DNA of 64,000 nt. It comes from Felis catus. Taxonomy: Eukaryota. Numbering within the stretch: the stretch's first letter is position 1; every line of letters begins with the position of its first letter. Of the stretch, positions 63,666-64,000 are shown piece after piece. The translations under genes and the position numbers were made by a program. The DNA is taken from positions 165,666,001 through 165,730,000 of the forward strand of contig NC_058368.1 of NCBI RefSeq assembly GCF_018350175.1, in the 5' to 3' direction. A model generated the notes under the pieces. The model saw nothing but the letters and a program-made list of their open reading frames with translations, had not been told where the DNA came from and did no database searches.

Positions 63666-64000
63666 TAGGTAGGTTTTTCTTTTCTTTTTTCTTTCTTTTT
63701 TTTTTTCAGACCACATGCTCCAAACATATATTCTTACCCTTGTCTCAGAAGCAACCACTAGTATGATTTTGGTGTATATTCATCTAGTCCATTTTTACTT
63801 TTACATTAATATATCTAGCCATAGACAATACATAATGATGTGACCTGTGTTTTAAATGCATATAAATAGTTCAGACTGTATGTGCTGTTCTGAGTTTACT
63901 TTCAATATTTAGACATGTTGATATATGTTTTGCTTATTCCTTTTAATTTTACATTTTAGTCCAACCATCTTAATTTTATAACTATGAAATAAAAGGTGAG

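Noticed and set aside
1..64000. CRISPR array, operon or other prokaryote-type system; host gene or CpG-island promoter
   Set aside because: The sequence is mammalian and repeat-rich; recurring segments are dispersed SINEs with individual TSDs, and CpG-rich patches are confined to young SINEs.

Overview
AT-rich mammalian DNA, almost certainly from a cat-family genome: it carries about 28 carnivore tRNA-derived SINEs (Can-SINE/SINEC), four of them of the young, CpG-intact felid type. I find no host protein-coding exon, RNA gene or CpG island. The ORF-track entries are SINE or microsatellite artefacts, decayed L1/ERV fragments or short unassignable chance ORFs, so this looks like a gene desert or a large intron. 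The window is layered transposon debris: an internally deleted two-LTR ERV-L provirus (gag, RNase H, integrase and dUTPase remnants), a TA-flanked Tigger-like DNA transposon, MaLR solo LTRs, old L1M/L2/MIR pieces and several carnivore L1 copies. The most interesting signals are retrotransposition footprints: (1) a ~5.4-kb L1 that split a SINE and carries an apparent 3' transduction with its own AATAAA; (2) a 76-bp inverted self-copy of the RT active-site region inside that L1; (3) a twin-primed 5'-inverted L1; (4) a tail-less internal L1 ORF2 piece flanked by a 16-bp near-repeat. I do not see a new gene system. Repeat family names come from remembered consensus sequences, not a database search, and boundaries of old repeats are approximate.
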